A stretch of DNA of 62,876 nucleotides, filler included. It is 4 parts of 4 records of this genome, joined end to end, with 100 filler letters (N's around TTAATTAATTAA, not from the genome) between each part and the next. Parts side by side here need not be neighbours in the genome. Positions count along the whole stretch, not along the records: positions 1 to 26,470 come from SRR31156797_41651; 3 more parts are not named here. One strand, 5' to 3'. Positions 1-11,101 of this stretch are shown one piece after another; within the stretch, counting starts at the first letter, position 1; every line of letters begins with the position of its first letter. The notes below the pieces were generated by a model that saw only the letters and a list, made by a program, of their open reading frames with translations, made no database searches and had not been told where the DNA came from. A program made the position numbers and the translations under genes.

Positions 1-168
1 TCAGTATTTTGGCAGTAAAAGGTAAGCGTAAACTCCGGTAGCCTACTATGATTTACTCCCAAAACCGTTGAAACTGGCACCGCCTGAACTGATGAGAAAT
101 CCGGGCTAGACAGGTAAGATATTCGGCGACTCACATTTTTAGGACTTTTCATCTAAAGGGAGGTCAGA

Positions 169-1449
169 ATGCGGAATCTTTGTTCGAAATGCCAGATCTG
201 TTTTGCTTTACTTTTCTTATTCGCGCCCACTGCTCATAGTGGTGAACTTTACTCAACCCAACAATACCTGACTGGTGACTGGGGCGGAAACCGGACGAAA
301 CTCAATGAGGCAGGGGTCCATATCGGTCTCAGTTACACGGCTGAGCCTGCCGCTTCTGTTTCCGGAGGCTTTGAGCAGGAGAGCACCTATCTGCATAACA
401 TCAATGCCGAACTCAAGCTGGATCTCACCAAACTAATCAGTCTGCCCAAGACCCAGTTCCTGGCAAAATATTCAAGCAGGAGCGGAGATAACCTGTCTGA
501 GGACCATGTAGTTCCGGCTGCAACTGAAGATGGGCGTTACGTCTACGGCGAATACTACAACAAAAGCCAGGAGGCTTTTGGCGGCCAGACCACTAAGCTT
601 GTCAATTTTCAATTCACAACCCAGTTTACTGAGGATTTTTCTCTGGATTACGGGCGACTGGTGATGAATGATCTTTTTCTCCGTTCGGATCTGTACTGTA
701 ATTTCATGAACAACGCGATATGCGGTAGCCCCAAAGGGGTCTTCACCCCCTACTCTCTCAACGCCTACCCGGATGCCACCGCAGGTGTTCATGCCAGTTA
801 TAAGGCTGGAGAAATGGTGCAGATAAAGGCTGGTGTGTTTGATGGAGGCTGGACTGAGCAGGATAAGAACGGCTGGGATTGGACTCTGGGCGAAAATGGG
901 ATGGCAATAGCTGCTGAATTCCAGCTCTATTTTAATAGAGATGCCAAAGCAGGGGTTGACAATGTCATCAAGTTAGGGGTGAATCACCATACCGGTGATT
1001 TCCAGGCATTCGATTCCGATGAAATTTTCGAAGAACAGACATCTTTCTGGGTACTTACCGACTGGATGCTCTACCGCGAGGAAAATTCTGATGACCAGGG
1101 CCTTGCGGCTTTCGGTTCAATAGTCTTCAACACGGATGATGAAATTTCAGCGCTTCCAATGAGTTTTACTGCCGGTTGTATCTATAAGGGGTTGATTCCA
1201 ACCAGGGACAGAGACAAGCTCGGATTTATGCTCACCTACGCCGAGCACTCGGAATTCAATACCTATACACATGATTTTGTAGGTGAAAAGGAGAGAGGCA
1301 ACGAGACCCTTGTGGAACTTACCTATAATATGGTTCTCGGGTATGGTCTGGAACTGATGCCTTCTATTCAATATATTTTGAACCCCAATGGTTCCAAAGA
1401 TTTTTCCAATGTTACTGTGCTGGGCCTTAAACTCAATGTCAACCTCTAG
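169..1449 (+). CDS. oprB: Carbohydrate-selective porin, OprB family
   Basis: Signal peptide; LTGDWGGNRT N-terminal OprB motif; C-terminal 'PSIQYILNP...VLGLKLNVNL' beta-strand; RBS GGAGG; directly upstream of PTS genes. Confidence 0.88.
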   Translation: MRNLCSKCQICFALLFLFAPTAHSGELYSTQQYLTGDWGGNRTKLNEAGVHIGLSYTAEPAASVSGGFEQESTYLHNINAELKLDLTKLISLPKTQFLAKYSSRSGDNLSEDHVVPAATEDGRYVYGEYYNKSQEAFGGQTTKLVNFQFTTQFTEDFSLDYGRLVMNDLFLRSDLYCNFMNNAICGSPKGVFTPYSLNAYPDATAGVHASYKAGEMVQIKAGVFDGGWTEQDKNGWDWTLGENGMAIAAEFQLYFNRDAKAGVDNVIKLGVNHHTGDFQAFDSDEIFEEQTSFWVLTDWMLYREENSDDQGLAAFGSIVFNTDDEISALPMSFTAGCIYKGLIPTRDRDKLGFMLTYAEHSEFNTYTHDFVGEKERGNETLVELTYNMVLGYGLELMPSIQYILNPNGSKDFSNVTVLGLKLNVNL

Positions 1450-1546
1450 TGTAAATACTCATGGGGTAAACGAAGACTCCGAAGGGATTCAGTGCTCTGT
1501 GAGCAGTTACTCTCTAGTTATCCTCAACCGGTAAAGGAAGAGAAGC

Positions 1547-4072
1547 ATGGATAAAGTCATTGTAAAGTCACCGTTATCCGGAGTGATATACCCGATCGAA
1601 CAGGTTCCTGACCCGGTATTTTCACAGAAAATGGTTGGAGACGGTATATCCATTGACCCCGTCAACAACGTCCTGGTAGCCCCCTTTGGCGGCACGGTCA
1701 CTCAGGTGCACAGCGCATGTCATGCGGTCACCATAACCCACCAGACAGGCCTGGAAGTAATGATGCACATCGGTATCGATACCGTTGCCTTGAAGGGCAA
1801 GGGCTTTACTGCCCATGTCAAAGAGGGTCAGGAGGTGACACAGGGAGATGAATTGATCTCGATTGACACGGATATTGTGGCGACCAGCGCCAAAAGCCTC
1901 CTTACCCAGATTATCCTAACAAACGGTGAGTTTGTGGCCGATGTCATCAAGGCAAATGGCCAGGCTGAGCATGCTGTTACTGATCTACTGACGGTGACCC
2001 TGAAAAGAGGTACAGGCGACGATGAAGAAGAGTCCGGACTGGAGGTGCTTTCAGAGGCATTGGTTGTACCCAATCCAACCGGTCTCCATGCCCGACCAGC
2101 GGCGGTGCTTGCTGCTCTGGCCAAAAAGTTTGATGCCAGAATCGAGTTAATAAAAGGAGAAGAGCGTGCCAATGCCAAGTCCGTCGTTGGCATCATGAAA
2201 CTGAACGTCGCCCATCTCGACAAGGTCCAGCTAAGAGCTATCGGCTCAGACTCCGAGTCTGCCGTTGCAGAGATATTACCGCAGATCGCAGGTGGTCTTG
2301 GTGATGAGGGGACCCCCCCCGTCTCTGTACCTGCATCCATGGAAATATCTGAAGACCAGACCGTGGTAACAGGACCGAAAAGCGGTGATCCGGATCTCCT
2401 GCTCGGTGTTGCAGCAGCACCTGGGATTGCTGTTGGTAAAGCTGTTAGGGTGCGTGAAGAAGTTTTCGATTTCGAGGATGAGGCCTATGATTCACATCAC
2501 GAGAATGTCCGTCTTGACAACGCAATAGAAGAGGCGAAAAACTACCTTGAGGCGCTGCAGATAAACCTGCATAAACAATCAGGCGGAGCCAAGGCGGCAA
2601 TATTTGGTGCCCATCGGGAGATACTTGACGATCCGGACCTGCTTGATATCGCGAGAAGCCTAACAGCAAAGGGAAAGAGTGCGGAGTATGCCTGGCAGAA
2701 TTCGTATACCACTTATGCTGACCAGCTAGCCGCATTGAAAAACGAGATCCTTGCCGGAAGGGCAAATGATCTTCGGGATGTGGGAAAAAGGGTGTTGCGG
2801 ATACTGACCGGTAAAGAGTCTGAAGAGTTGCAGCTGCCTGATAAGGCGATACTGGTAGCTGAAGAACTGACCCCATCGTTTACCGCGACCATAGACACAA
2901 CAAGGGTCATGGGGTTCTGCACCACCACTGGCGGTGCAACCTCGCATGTCGCCATCCTTGCCCGGTCCCTCGATTTAGCCGCCGTCGCCGGGATCGAGGC
3001 AGAAGCACTTGAGATAGAAGACGGAACCCCGCTCATTCTCAATGGTGGTAAAGGAACGCTGAGGATCAACCCGTCAGATGAGTTGATCCGGCAGACCCTT
3101 GAAGAACAGGCGGCTATACAGGAACAGAGGGAAAAGGATCTTGCGGCGGCAGGTGAAGCGGCAGTCACCACCGATGGGAAAAGGATGGAGGTTGTCGCCA
3201 ATATCGGGGTGGTTGAAGAGGCGAGGGAATCCATAACCCTTGGCGGGGAAGGGGTCGGACTTCTCCGCTCGGAGTTTCTATTTCTTGAAAGAACCAGTGC
3301 ACCGACCGAGGACGAGCAATACGAAGTATATCGGGACGTCCTCCTTGCCCTTGAAGGTCACCCGCTCATTGTTCGAACCCTGGACGTGGGCGGCGACAAG
3401 CCACTTCCATACCTGCCTATGCCGGTTGAGGAAAACCCCTTCCTCGGACAACGCGGTATCCGTATCGGACTGGAGCGGCCTGAAATTTTCCGAGTACAGG
3501 CCCGGGCAATCCTGCGTGCCGGAGCGCATGGCACGATACGGATCATGTTTCCGATGATTGCAACTATACAGGAGTTTCGCGAAGCCAGGGAGATGTTAGA
3601 GGCTGAGCGGGAAAAACTCGGGGTCGCGCCAATCAAGGTCGGCATCATGGTGGAAGTTCCATCCACCGCTATCATGGCGGAACAGTTTGCAAAAGAGGTT
3701 GATTTCTTTTCGGTTGGCACAAATGACCTTACTCAGTACTGCTTGGCCATGGATCGGGGACATCCTAAACTAGCATCCAAGGTGGATGGTATGGACCCAT
3801 CTGTCCTCAGAATGATCCGGCAAGCGGCAGAGGGGGCTCATGGCCAAGGGAAGTGGATTGGAGTTTGCGGCGGCCTGGCCTCTGATCCCGATGCTGTACC
3901 AATACTTATTGGGCTGGGCGTCGATGAACTCTCAGTATCCGTACCAGCCCTGCCTTCAATCAAGGCAGAAGTTCGAAACTGGTCGGAGAGTAATTGTCGC
4001 AAGTTGGCTGAGGATAGTCTCCACTGTGTTTCCAGTTTAGAGGTTCGCGAACTGGTAGGAAATGCGAGGTGA
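1547..4072 (+). CDS. ptsP: PTS multiphosphoryl transfer protein: EIIA(Glc-type)-HPr-Enzyme I fusion
   Basis: EIIA motifs [12 protein letters not shown] and HIGIDTV; HPr motifs GLHARPAA and NAKS; EI motifs [30 protein letters not shown] and GTNDLTQY. Confidence 0.95.
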   Translation: MDKVIVKSPLSGVIYPIEQVPDPVFSQKMVGDGISIDPVNNVLVAPFGGTVTQVHSACHAVTITHQTGLEVMMHIGIDTVALKGKGFTAHVKEGQEVTQGDELISIDTDIVATSAKSLLTQIILTNGEFVADVIKANGQAEHAVTDLLTVTLKRGTGDDEEESGLEVLSEALVVPNPTGLHARPAAVLAALAKKFDARIELIKGEERANAKSVVGIMKLNVAHLDKVQLRAIGSDSESAVAEILPQIAGGLGDEGTPPVSVPASMEISEDQTVVTGPKSGDPDLLLGVAAAPGIAVGKAVRVREEVFDFEDEAYDSHHENVRLDNAIEEAKNYLEALQINLHKQSGGAKAAIFGAHREILDDPDLLDIARSLTAKGKSAEYAWQNSYTTYADQLAALKNEILAGRANDLRDVGKRVLRILTGKESEELQLPDKAILVAEELTPSFTATIDTTRVMGFCTTTGGATSHVAILARSLDLAAVAGIEAEALEIEDGTPLILNGGKGTLRINPSDELIRQTLEEQAAIQEQREKDLAAAGEAAVTTDGKRMEVVANIGVVEEARESITLGGEGVGLLRSEFLFLERTSAPTEDEQYEVYRDVLLALEGHPLIVRTLDVGGDKPLPYLPMPVEENPFLGQRGIRIGLERPEIFRVQARAILRAGAHGTIRIMFPMIATIQEFREAREMLEAEREKLGVAPIKVGIMVEVPSTAIMAEQFAKEVDFFSVGTNDLTQYCLAMDRGHPKLASKVDGMDPSVLRMIRQAAEGAHGQGKWIGVCGGLASDPDAVPILIGLGVDELSVSVPALPSIKAEVRNWSESNCRKLAEDSLHCVSSLEVRELVGNAR

Positions 4073-4076
4073 TGGC

Positions 4077-5864
4077 ATGGTAAAGAGTATGTGGGATCAA
4101 GGGTTTGCCTTTCTGCAGAAAATAGGAAAATCACTTATGCTGCCGGTTGCCATTTTACCGGCAGCCGGTATTCTTCTTGGTGTGGGGAGTGCTGAATTTT
4201 CAATCTTTCCTGAAATAGTCAACTCCATGATGGCAGCCGCGGGGGGCGCGATTTTCAGTAACCTGGCCCTGTTGTTTGCTATTGGGGTGGCCCTGGGATT
4301 GACAAAAAATGATGGTGTATCCGCATTATCGGCAGCGGTGGGGTATGCGGTGATGGTTGCGACCATGGGTGTGACCGCCAGTCTGCTGGGATTGGAGACG
4401 CGATCTGTACTAGGTATGGACTCCATTGATACCGGTGTATTTGGCGGGATATTGGTTGGTGGCCTGGCGGCTTTCCTGTTTAATAAATACTATCGGATAT
4501 CCCTCCCCCCCTATCTTGGTTTTTTTGCCGGCAAACGATTTGTGCCAATTGCCACTTCGTTTGCCGCCATATTGCTAGGTATCGTGCTCAGCTTTATCTG
4601 GCCGCCTGTTCAACATGGCATTGATGCTTTCTCTGAGTTTGCCTCGACCGGAAATACCACCCTGGCCGTTGGGATCTACGGATTCGTGGAGCGGCTACTG
4701 ATTCCCTTTGGGTTGCATCATATTTGGAATGTCCCGTTTTTCTTTGAGCTGGGGAGCTACACAACTCCAGACGGAGAGGTTGTACGGGGAATTTTGAATC
4801 GATTTTTTGCAGGGGATCGTCAGGCAGGAATCTTGGCTGGTGGTTTTGTGTTCAAGATGTTTGGTCTGCCAGCTGCCGCACTCGCCATATATCACACGGC
4901 AAAAGCTGAAAACAAGGTAAAGACAGGGAGTATCATGCTGTCTGCCGCTCTTACCTCCTTTCTCACGGGTATCACCGAGCCCCTTGAATTTGCTTTCATG
5001 TTTCTTGCACCGCTGCTCTATCTGTTTCATGCGGTACTGGTTTCAGCCGCTTTTGTGGTGACCTACCTTCTGGATGTGCGCATGGGGTATTCATTTTCCC
5101 ATGGACTGATTGACTATATCCTCTTCTATGCCATCAATATAAAGCCATGGATGATCCTTATCCTGGGACCTGTTTTCGGGGGTATCTATTATGTTGTATT
5201 CAGGTTGGCCATCACCATGATGGATCTGAAAACACCGGGAAGGGAAGACGCCGAGGCCGATGCGGATGATGCGCGAAATGTAGCCGCAGATACCATGGCA
5301 AAACAACTGGTCTTAGCTTTTGGCGGTAAATCGAATATTGTCAGCCTCGATGCCTGTATCACCAGACTGCGGGTGGAAGTAAACGATATCACCAAGTCCA
5401 GCCCGGACAGGTTAAAAGCACTTGGAGCAGCAGGGGTTGTCACTGTGGGAACAGGGCTCCAGGCGATTTTTGGGACCAGGTCGGAAAACCTGATGACCGA
5501 TATGCTGCTGTATCTCGAAACAGCAGGAGAGGATGCTGAGTTGACTGACCAGGAAATGCCGTCTGAAATCTCCTACAAGGAGGATGCGGTCCAACCTAAA
5601 CTGCGTGATCAGAATGCACCGCAGAAAGTTGCCGAGTGGCTGAGTGCACTTGGCGGGGTTAAAAATGTAGCAATGGTTGAAGCCTGTGCCCAGACAAGGC
5701 TGAGAATACGTATCAAGGACCTCACCAAGGTCAACGAACAAGCCCTGTTGCAAATAGGGGTTGAGGCGGTTGTTCCCATTGATGACACCCTCATTCATCT
5801 GCTGACGGGGTTAAATGCAGACCAGTATGCGGCTGAGATGGGCGCTCAGGTAGCTGGGCAATAA
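4077..5864 (+). CDS. ptsG: PTS glucose/N-acetylglucosamine-family EIIC with two EIIB domains
   Basis: [20 protein letters not shown] and GITEPLEF (EIIC); [12 protein letters not shown] and a second [16 protein letters not shown] 4077 chosen for RBS GAGGTG. Glc versus GlcNAc specificity not resolved. Confidence 0.85.
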   Translation: MVKSMWDQGFAFLQKIGKSLMLPVAILPAAGILLGVGSAEFSIFPEIVNSMMAAAGGAIFSNLALLFAIGVALGLTKNDGVSALSAAVGYAVMVATMGVTASLLGLETRSVLGMDSIDTGVFGGILVGGLAAFLFNKYYRISLPPYLGFFAGKRFVPIATSFAAILLGIVLSFIWPPVQHGIDAFSEFASTGNTTLAVGIYGFVERLLIPFGLHHIWNVPFFFELGSYTTPDGEVVRGILNRFFAGDRQAGILAGGFVFKMFGLPAAALAIYHTAKAENKVKTGSIMLSAALTSFLTGITEPLEFAFMFLAPLLYLFHAVLVSAAFVVTYLLDVRMGYSFSHGLIDYILFYAINIKPWMILILGPVFGGIYYVVFRLAITMMDLKTPGREDAEADADDARNVAADTMAKQLVLAFGGKSNIVSLDACITRLRVEVNDITKSSPDRLKALGAAGVVTVGTGLQAIFGTRSENLMTDMLLYLETAGEDAELTDQEMPSEISYKEDAVQPKLRDQNAPQKVAEWLSALGGVKNVAMVEACAQTRLRIRIKDLTKVNEQALLQIGVEAVVPIDDTLIHLLTGLNADQYAAEMGAQVAGQ

Positions 5865-5883
5865 GAAAATTGTCATCAGTAGA

Positions 5884-5938
5884 ATCTTGCACAGGCGGGA
5901 GATGGGCATGGAAGCTGCCCAGAACGTGCCTGTAAGAT
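5884..5938 (+). terminator. Imperfect hairpin after the PTS operon (possible terminator or stabiliser)
   Basis: ATCTT/AAGAT, ACAGGC/GCCTGT and TGGGCA/TGCCCA pairings; no clear U-tract. Confidence 0.3.
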
Positions 5939-6087
5939 GACGTTTGTTAATTCAATAACAAGATATTAAGTAGATTCAAATCCTAGTTTTCTCTTATTTA
6001 GAAAACACCCAAAGTAAACCCGTTAAACAAAAAAATTCAGTGTAGAGAGCAGGTCTCCTTCTGTTTATTGAGTGCTGAGGAAAATAT

Positions 6088-6960
6088 ATGAAACGAATAT
6101 TAGTGGCAGGTGCGACGGGGTATTTAGGGAAATATATTTTGGAAGAGCTCCTGCAAAGAGGTTACCAGGTGACAGCTCTAGTTCGAGATACCAACAGGAT
6201 ACAAACAGATAATTATCCAACTCTTGAATTATGTGAAGCAGAGGTCACTCATCCTGAATCGATAAAAGGGTGCTGCAACGATGTAGAAGTTGTTATTTCC
6301 ACCATTGGAATCACCAGACAGAAAGATGGGCTTTCCTATATGGATGTCGATTACCAGGGTAATGCCAATTTACTTAAAGAAGCCCAGAGAGCAGGAATCC
6401 AAAAATTCCTTTATGTGTCAGCACTCAACGCTCAGAAATTACAACATCTGTCAATTTGTAAAGCCAAGGAGCTCTTTGCCGACAAGCTAAAGGATTCAGG
6501 TTTGAGCTTCTGCATAATAAGGCCAAACGGTTTTTTTTCTGATATGGCAGAGTTTTTAACCATGGCCAAGAAGGGACGTATTTATTTATTTGCCAATGGC
6601 AGATGCAAAACCAATCCGATCCATGGAGCGGATCTTGCTGCTGTATGCGCTGATACAATTGAAACGAAAGACCAGGCGTTAGAGGTTGGAGGACCAGAGA
6701 TTCTTACCCATGAGCAAATAGCCCAAATCGCTTTCACCTCACTTCATAAAACACCAAAGATTCACTACATTCCTGAATGGCTCCGAAAATTTGTCCTTCA
6801 ATCGCTGCAATCCCTTACCAAACCAACTTTTCATGGCCCTATTGAATTTTTTATGACAGTTATGGCTATGGACATGATCGCTCCTGAATATGGGAACCGA
6901 ACACTTAAAGAATTCTTTACAGATTTAAGCCAAACTAAAAAAGATAAAAATATGCATTGA
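6088..6960 (+). CDS. Atypical SDR / NAD(P)H-binding oxidoreductase (NmrA-like)
   Basis: Rossmann motif ILVAGATGYLG; IRPNGFF; VGGPEILT. Confidence 0.85.
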   Translation: MKRILVAGATGYLGKYILEELLQRGYQVTALVRDTNRIQTDNYPTLELCEAEVTHPESIKGCCNDVEVVISTIGITRQKDGLSYMDVDYQGNANLLKEAQRAGIQKFLYVSALNAQKLQHLSICKAKELFADKLKDSGLSFCIIRPNGFFSDMAEFLTMAKKGRIYLFANGRCKTNPIHGADLAAVCADTIETKDQALEVGGPEILTHEQIAQIAFTSLHKTPKIHYIPEWLRKFVLQSLQSLTKPTFHGPIEFFMTVMAMDMIAPEYGNRTLKEFFTDLSQTKKDKNMH

Positions 6961-7655
6961 TAGCGTATTTTCCGCAACTAGACCTCGAACTTAACATCAC
7001 CAAATCGAAAATAATGATTTTTGTCACCTACTCAAAAGGAAGGTTATTCCTGTCCATTTCGAAAATGACTCATGGTAAGGCAAGTCGAACCGAGTTCCGC
7101 ACTGACACGGGTAGTAGATTAGCCATATGAGACATGGCTTAATCTTTTTACCAGCAACCCCTGCAAAACATTAAACAGCTTCTGAAACAGAAGCCTCTAC
7201 ACCCATCCTTGGCCGATAGAAGGGGTAGCTTCAGCTTCTTTTCTACATTCTCGGTTATTCAATAAAATAACCATACAGAGTGCTTCACCTCATGCTTTTG
7301 TGTTGGAAGTATTATGGTGTGGGAACCCTTAATTCAGAAAATGGATCAATATTTCTGGATTAATATAGAATTGGAGGGCTCCCTGTCAGCCTCAGTCATG
7401 GACAGGAGGCATTTAAAGCTAGAGCCCTATTGCCTTTTTGAGAGGTGTCACCAGACAAGCTCAATAGGCGATAAAGATCGAATACTCTAGTCGTATCAGT
7501 AACTATGACTTACCTAAGACCTCTCTCAAATTTTGACTTCTTGTCCCACCCTGATGAAGAATGATAAGACTTGAATAGCATAATATTTTGATGGATAATG
7601 AAATTCATTCTCGTTCAACACTTATTAGTGGTTCTGAATGGAGTAATACAAAATC

Positions 7656-9899
7656 GTGTTCACCAGCAAAAAGACATACAGTTTTAACAGACTCAACCAG
7701 ATTGCAATCACCACCGTTTTGGCGCTGGCAATAAGTCTTATAGGTGCCATATGGCATTATAAGTGAATACAACCATCATGAGGGAAAAATTGAAACGCTG
7801 AGAGAAGATTACATTGCAATTAGAAAGCTGGAATTAAAAACTCTGGTAAACAATGTAGTCAACGGGGTCGAGTTTCAAAAAGGTGAAGTTGAAAGCAGGT
7901 TAAAACAATCCTTGTCGGAATCCGCCAACCTCGCTTGGCGGATATCAAGAACCATTTACGACCAATACAAAGACCAGATGGAAACTGATGAGCTTAAAAA
8001 ACTTATTATCAGTACTCTCATGCCACTCAGGTTTTTCAATGGTCGAGGTTATTTTTGGGTTCATGACACGAGCCACACTCTTATAGCCCACCCATTCAGG
8101 GAAAAATCAATAGGAAAAAATGACGATGAGCTGACTGATTCGGAAGGACAAAAAATTATCCGTTCTTTTGTGCAAGCTGCCACAAACAACACACGTGGTG
8201 ATTTTGTCACTTATTACTGGAACAAACCAAATGTAGACGAACGATACCATCAAGTCAAAGGACAAAAAAAAATAGCCTACCTTAAATTCTTCGAACCTTT
8301 CAAATGGGTCATTGGAATTGGCGAATATGTAAATGATGTCGAAGAACAAACAAAAACTGATTTAATAAAAAGACTTACAACAATACATCACGGGGAAAAG
8401 GGATATATTTTTGCCCATACCCGTGACGGAATTTGTTTGAGCCATATAAAAAAAAATAATATCGGAAAAAACAGGTGGGAACTGGAAGATAAAAATGGAA
8501 TGAAAGTAGTTCAGGAACTTAATCGAGTTGGTCAACAACCCGGTGGAGGATTTTTGGAATATGTCGGCAGCATTAATCCTGATAACGGTAAGCCCGCCCG
8601 GAAGATCAGCTTTATACAAGCAGTAGACAAATGGGAGTGGGTAATTGGCGGTGGCGTTTATGTGCTTGATATTGGCACAAAATAGCTAAATACCGACAAG
8701 AAATTTTCAAGGATTTAAAGAAGCGGATTGCGACAACTGTAATCACCCTGGTTGTTATATTGATTATCGGCTTTTTCATAGGGAATCTTTTTTTCAAAAA
8801 TCTTTTGAAAGAGCTTGATCTCTTCGTTGGGACCAGTGTGGACGAAGACAAAATGGTAATTGATTCTGAACAGCTTAGAATATCAGAGCTTCGAACAATT
8901 GCTGAACGGGCCAATGTCCTGCTAGCTGAAAAGGAGCAAATACAAGCTGACCTTCTGACTGTTGCAAGGAGTGCTGCAAGCAAGAAGGATGTACACAATC
9001 TCAACTCATTGGTCCGTGAATATTTGCAGTCTCCAGAGTTTCTTAAACTGCAATCCGAGCTTCCCGATATCGCCTTTAAGCAGACACTTACTGGAGCTCC
9101 CGCCCTAATTACATGCTCTCCTGTTCACATAAAAAAATGTTTGATGAATTTAGTAGTTAACGCAGCAGAAGCAATTGTTGGTGCCGGGGAAGTCACAATT
9201 ACTACATTCGCCCAACACATCGATGCCCGCAATCTACGGTATGTCAACCTAGAAGATGGGATGTACGTCCTTCTCACTGTATGCGATACTGGGCCTGGAA
9301 TATCTGACAATGACCTGGAACACATCTTTGATCCGTTTTATACCAGGAAAGCAATGGGTAAAAGTGGAACCGGTTTAGGTTTGACAATAGTCTGGAACAC
9401 GATTGAAAACCATGGAGGTAAAATCAAGGCTGAAAGCGATAAAAATGGCACTTGCTTCTCCTTAATTTCCCCCCTTGCTACAGTCTCTCAAGCTACCGGG
9501 GAAAATACCACAGACGCAGCCGTCGATAGAATTGGCAACCATGAAAAAATCCTTGTGGTTGATGACGAACCATACCTGCGGGATATTGCATGCAAGATGC
9601 TGGAGCGACTTGGCTACAATGTTGATTCAGTATCTTCTGGGGAGCTGGCTATAGAGACTATTAAGAAGAGACACGTAGATCTGTTAGTAATAGATATGCT
9701 CATGGAACCCGGTATAAATGGACGAGAGACTTATGAGAAAATAAAACAATTCTCTCCTGAAATGAGGGCTGTTATTGCAAGTGGGTTTTCCGAAAACAAA
9801 GAGGTGCAAGAGGCGTTACGTCTTGGTGTTATGGGATATATCCAGAAACCTTATTCAATGGATCAACTTGGTGAAGTGGTAAAAGATGCTTTGAGATAG
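7656..9899 (+). pseudogene. Cache-domain hybrid sensor histidine kinase/response regulator, disrupted by two frameshifts and loss of the HisKA domain
   Basis: GTG 7656 opens a TM helix (AITTVLALAISLIGAIW). Extra base at ~7755 shifts into the Cache ORF 7744-8685. Missing base at ~8674 shifts into the TM2, HATPase (NLVVNAAEA, DTGPG, GTGLGL) and REC (VVDDE, DMLM) frame. No H-box is present. Confidence 0.8.
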
Positions 9900-10103
9900 C
9901 TCGGAGTCATGAGTAGCTACCCAATGACTCAAGAGGAAGCGCCGGATCAGGTTTGCACTAATACGCCTTATCGCAACGGTAGAGACTATTATTGGCAATG
10001 ATAACCATGCAGGTAAGTCTTAAAATTGTCCCCTATTCCTGCATTTCTTCCCTCGAACCCTGGACCTGACTTGACAAAGGCCCGTTTAAATAGCTGGCCG
10101 GAG

Positions 10104-11078
10104 TCATACAGGAGTAAACTCCTCACTTATCACGGCCTCAACCGCCTCTAAATACTTCGCTTCCGTTGATGCCTTGATAATTTTCTTAAGTTGCTTCTTC
10201 TTTTCCGGGAAGGAATCGATAAAGTAGGGCCATATCTGTTTCATACGGCCAAGGAGATGACCCGGGCCGCTCAGGTGGTGTTTCATGGCAGTGTAGAGTT
10301 CGTCGTGGAACGAGGTAAGTCTTTTTTGTTTCTGATCTTCGGCAATCTTGATCCCCTGAATTTTTTCCGGCAGCAGCGGGTCGGCGAGCAGGCCTCTGCC
10401 TATCATCCAGCGATTGATCCCCGGCAGTTTTCCCTGCAGTTCGGTAAATGATCCGAGAGAGACGATATCGCCATTGTAGACAAGCGTATGCCTAGTATGA
10501 TCTCTGCATGAGCTGAAATGTTCCGGGGACGCTTTTCCCTTGTAGAGCTGGGTCCCCAGTCGGGGGTGGATGATTATCTCCGTAAGCGGGTATTTGTCCA
10601 GCCGGGGTAACAGTTCTATGGATTCTTCGCGGTGACGGTAGCCAAGCCTCATTTTGATAGAAAGGCGAGGTTTCAGCCGCGGCATTACCGTCTCAAGTAA
10701 ACACTCGATTTCATCAGGATACGGCAGCAGGCCAGAGCCTTTTTTCTTTTTTGCCACCATCGGTGCCGGGCAGCCGAGATTCCAGTTTATTTCGTCGTAT
10801 CCCTGGTCGTGAATTCGGGCCGCTGCTGCCAAAAAATCGTCTGCATTGCTGTGCAGAAGCTGGGGGATAAGCTTCTGCCCGGGAACATTTACTTCGGGCA
10901 TGATATCTTTCAGCAGGTTTTCCGACGGGATCGCTTGGGCCTGGGGGTTGATGAACGGCGCAATTGCAGCGTCCACACCAGAAAAATGGCGAGTGTAAAT
11001 TCCTCTAAACAACGCATCGGTGAGTCCCCTGAGGGGGGCCATATAAATGAAAGGACGGTTCGGCGAAGTAATTGACAT
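10104..11078 (-). CDS. tRNA-dihydrouridine synthase family protein
   Basis: MAPLRG, NWNLGCP, GSGLL, SIKMRLG, HPRLG, YNGDI and MIGRG motifs. Confidence 0.92.
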   Translation of the reverse strand: MSITSPNRPFIYMAPLRGLTDALFRGIYTRHFSGVDAAIAPFINPQAQAIPSENLLKDIMPEVNVPGQKLIPQLLHSNADDFLAAAARIHDQGYDEINWNLGCPAPMVAKKKKGSGLLPYPDEIECLLETVMPRLKPRLSIKMRLGYRHREESIELLPRLDKYPLTEIIIHPRLGTQLYKGKASPEHFSSCRDHTRHTLVYNGDIVSLGSFTELQGKLPGINRWMIGRGLLADPLLPEKIQGIKIAEDQKQKRLTSFHDELYTAMKHHLSGPGHLLGRMKQIWPYFIDSFPEKKKQLKKIIKASTEAKYLEAVEAVISEEFTPV

Positions 11079-11101
11079 CAGGGTAGGCTGTGGCTTGTTG
11101 T

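Noticed and set aside
74-90. CTGGCAC as a sigma-54 -24 box upstream of oprB
   Set aside because: No TTGC/GC at the -12 position
7314-7490. 58-codon ORF (MVWEPLIQKMDQYFW...) in the intergenic region
   Set aside because: No convincing RBS or recognisable motif; cannot be supported
7740-8690. Programmed frameshifting in the Cache kinase
   Set aside because: No slippery site at either shift, and the HisKA domain is also missing, which fits decay
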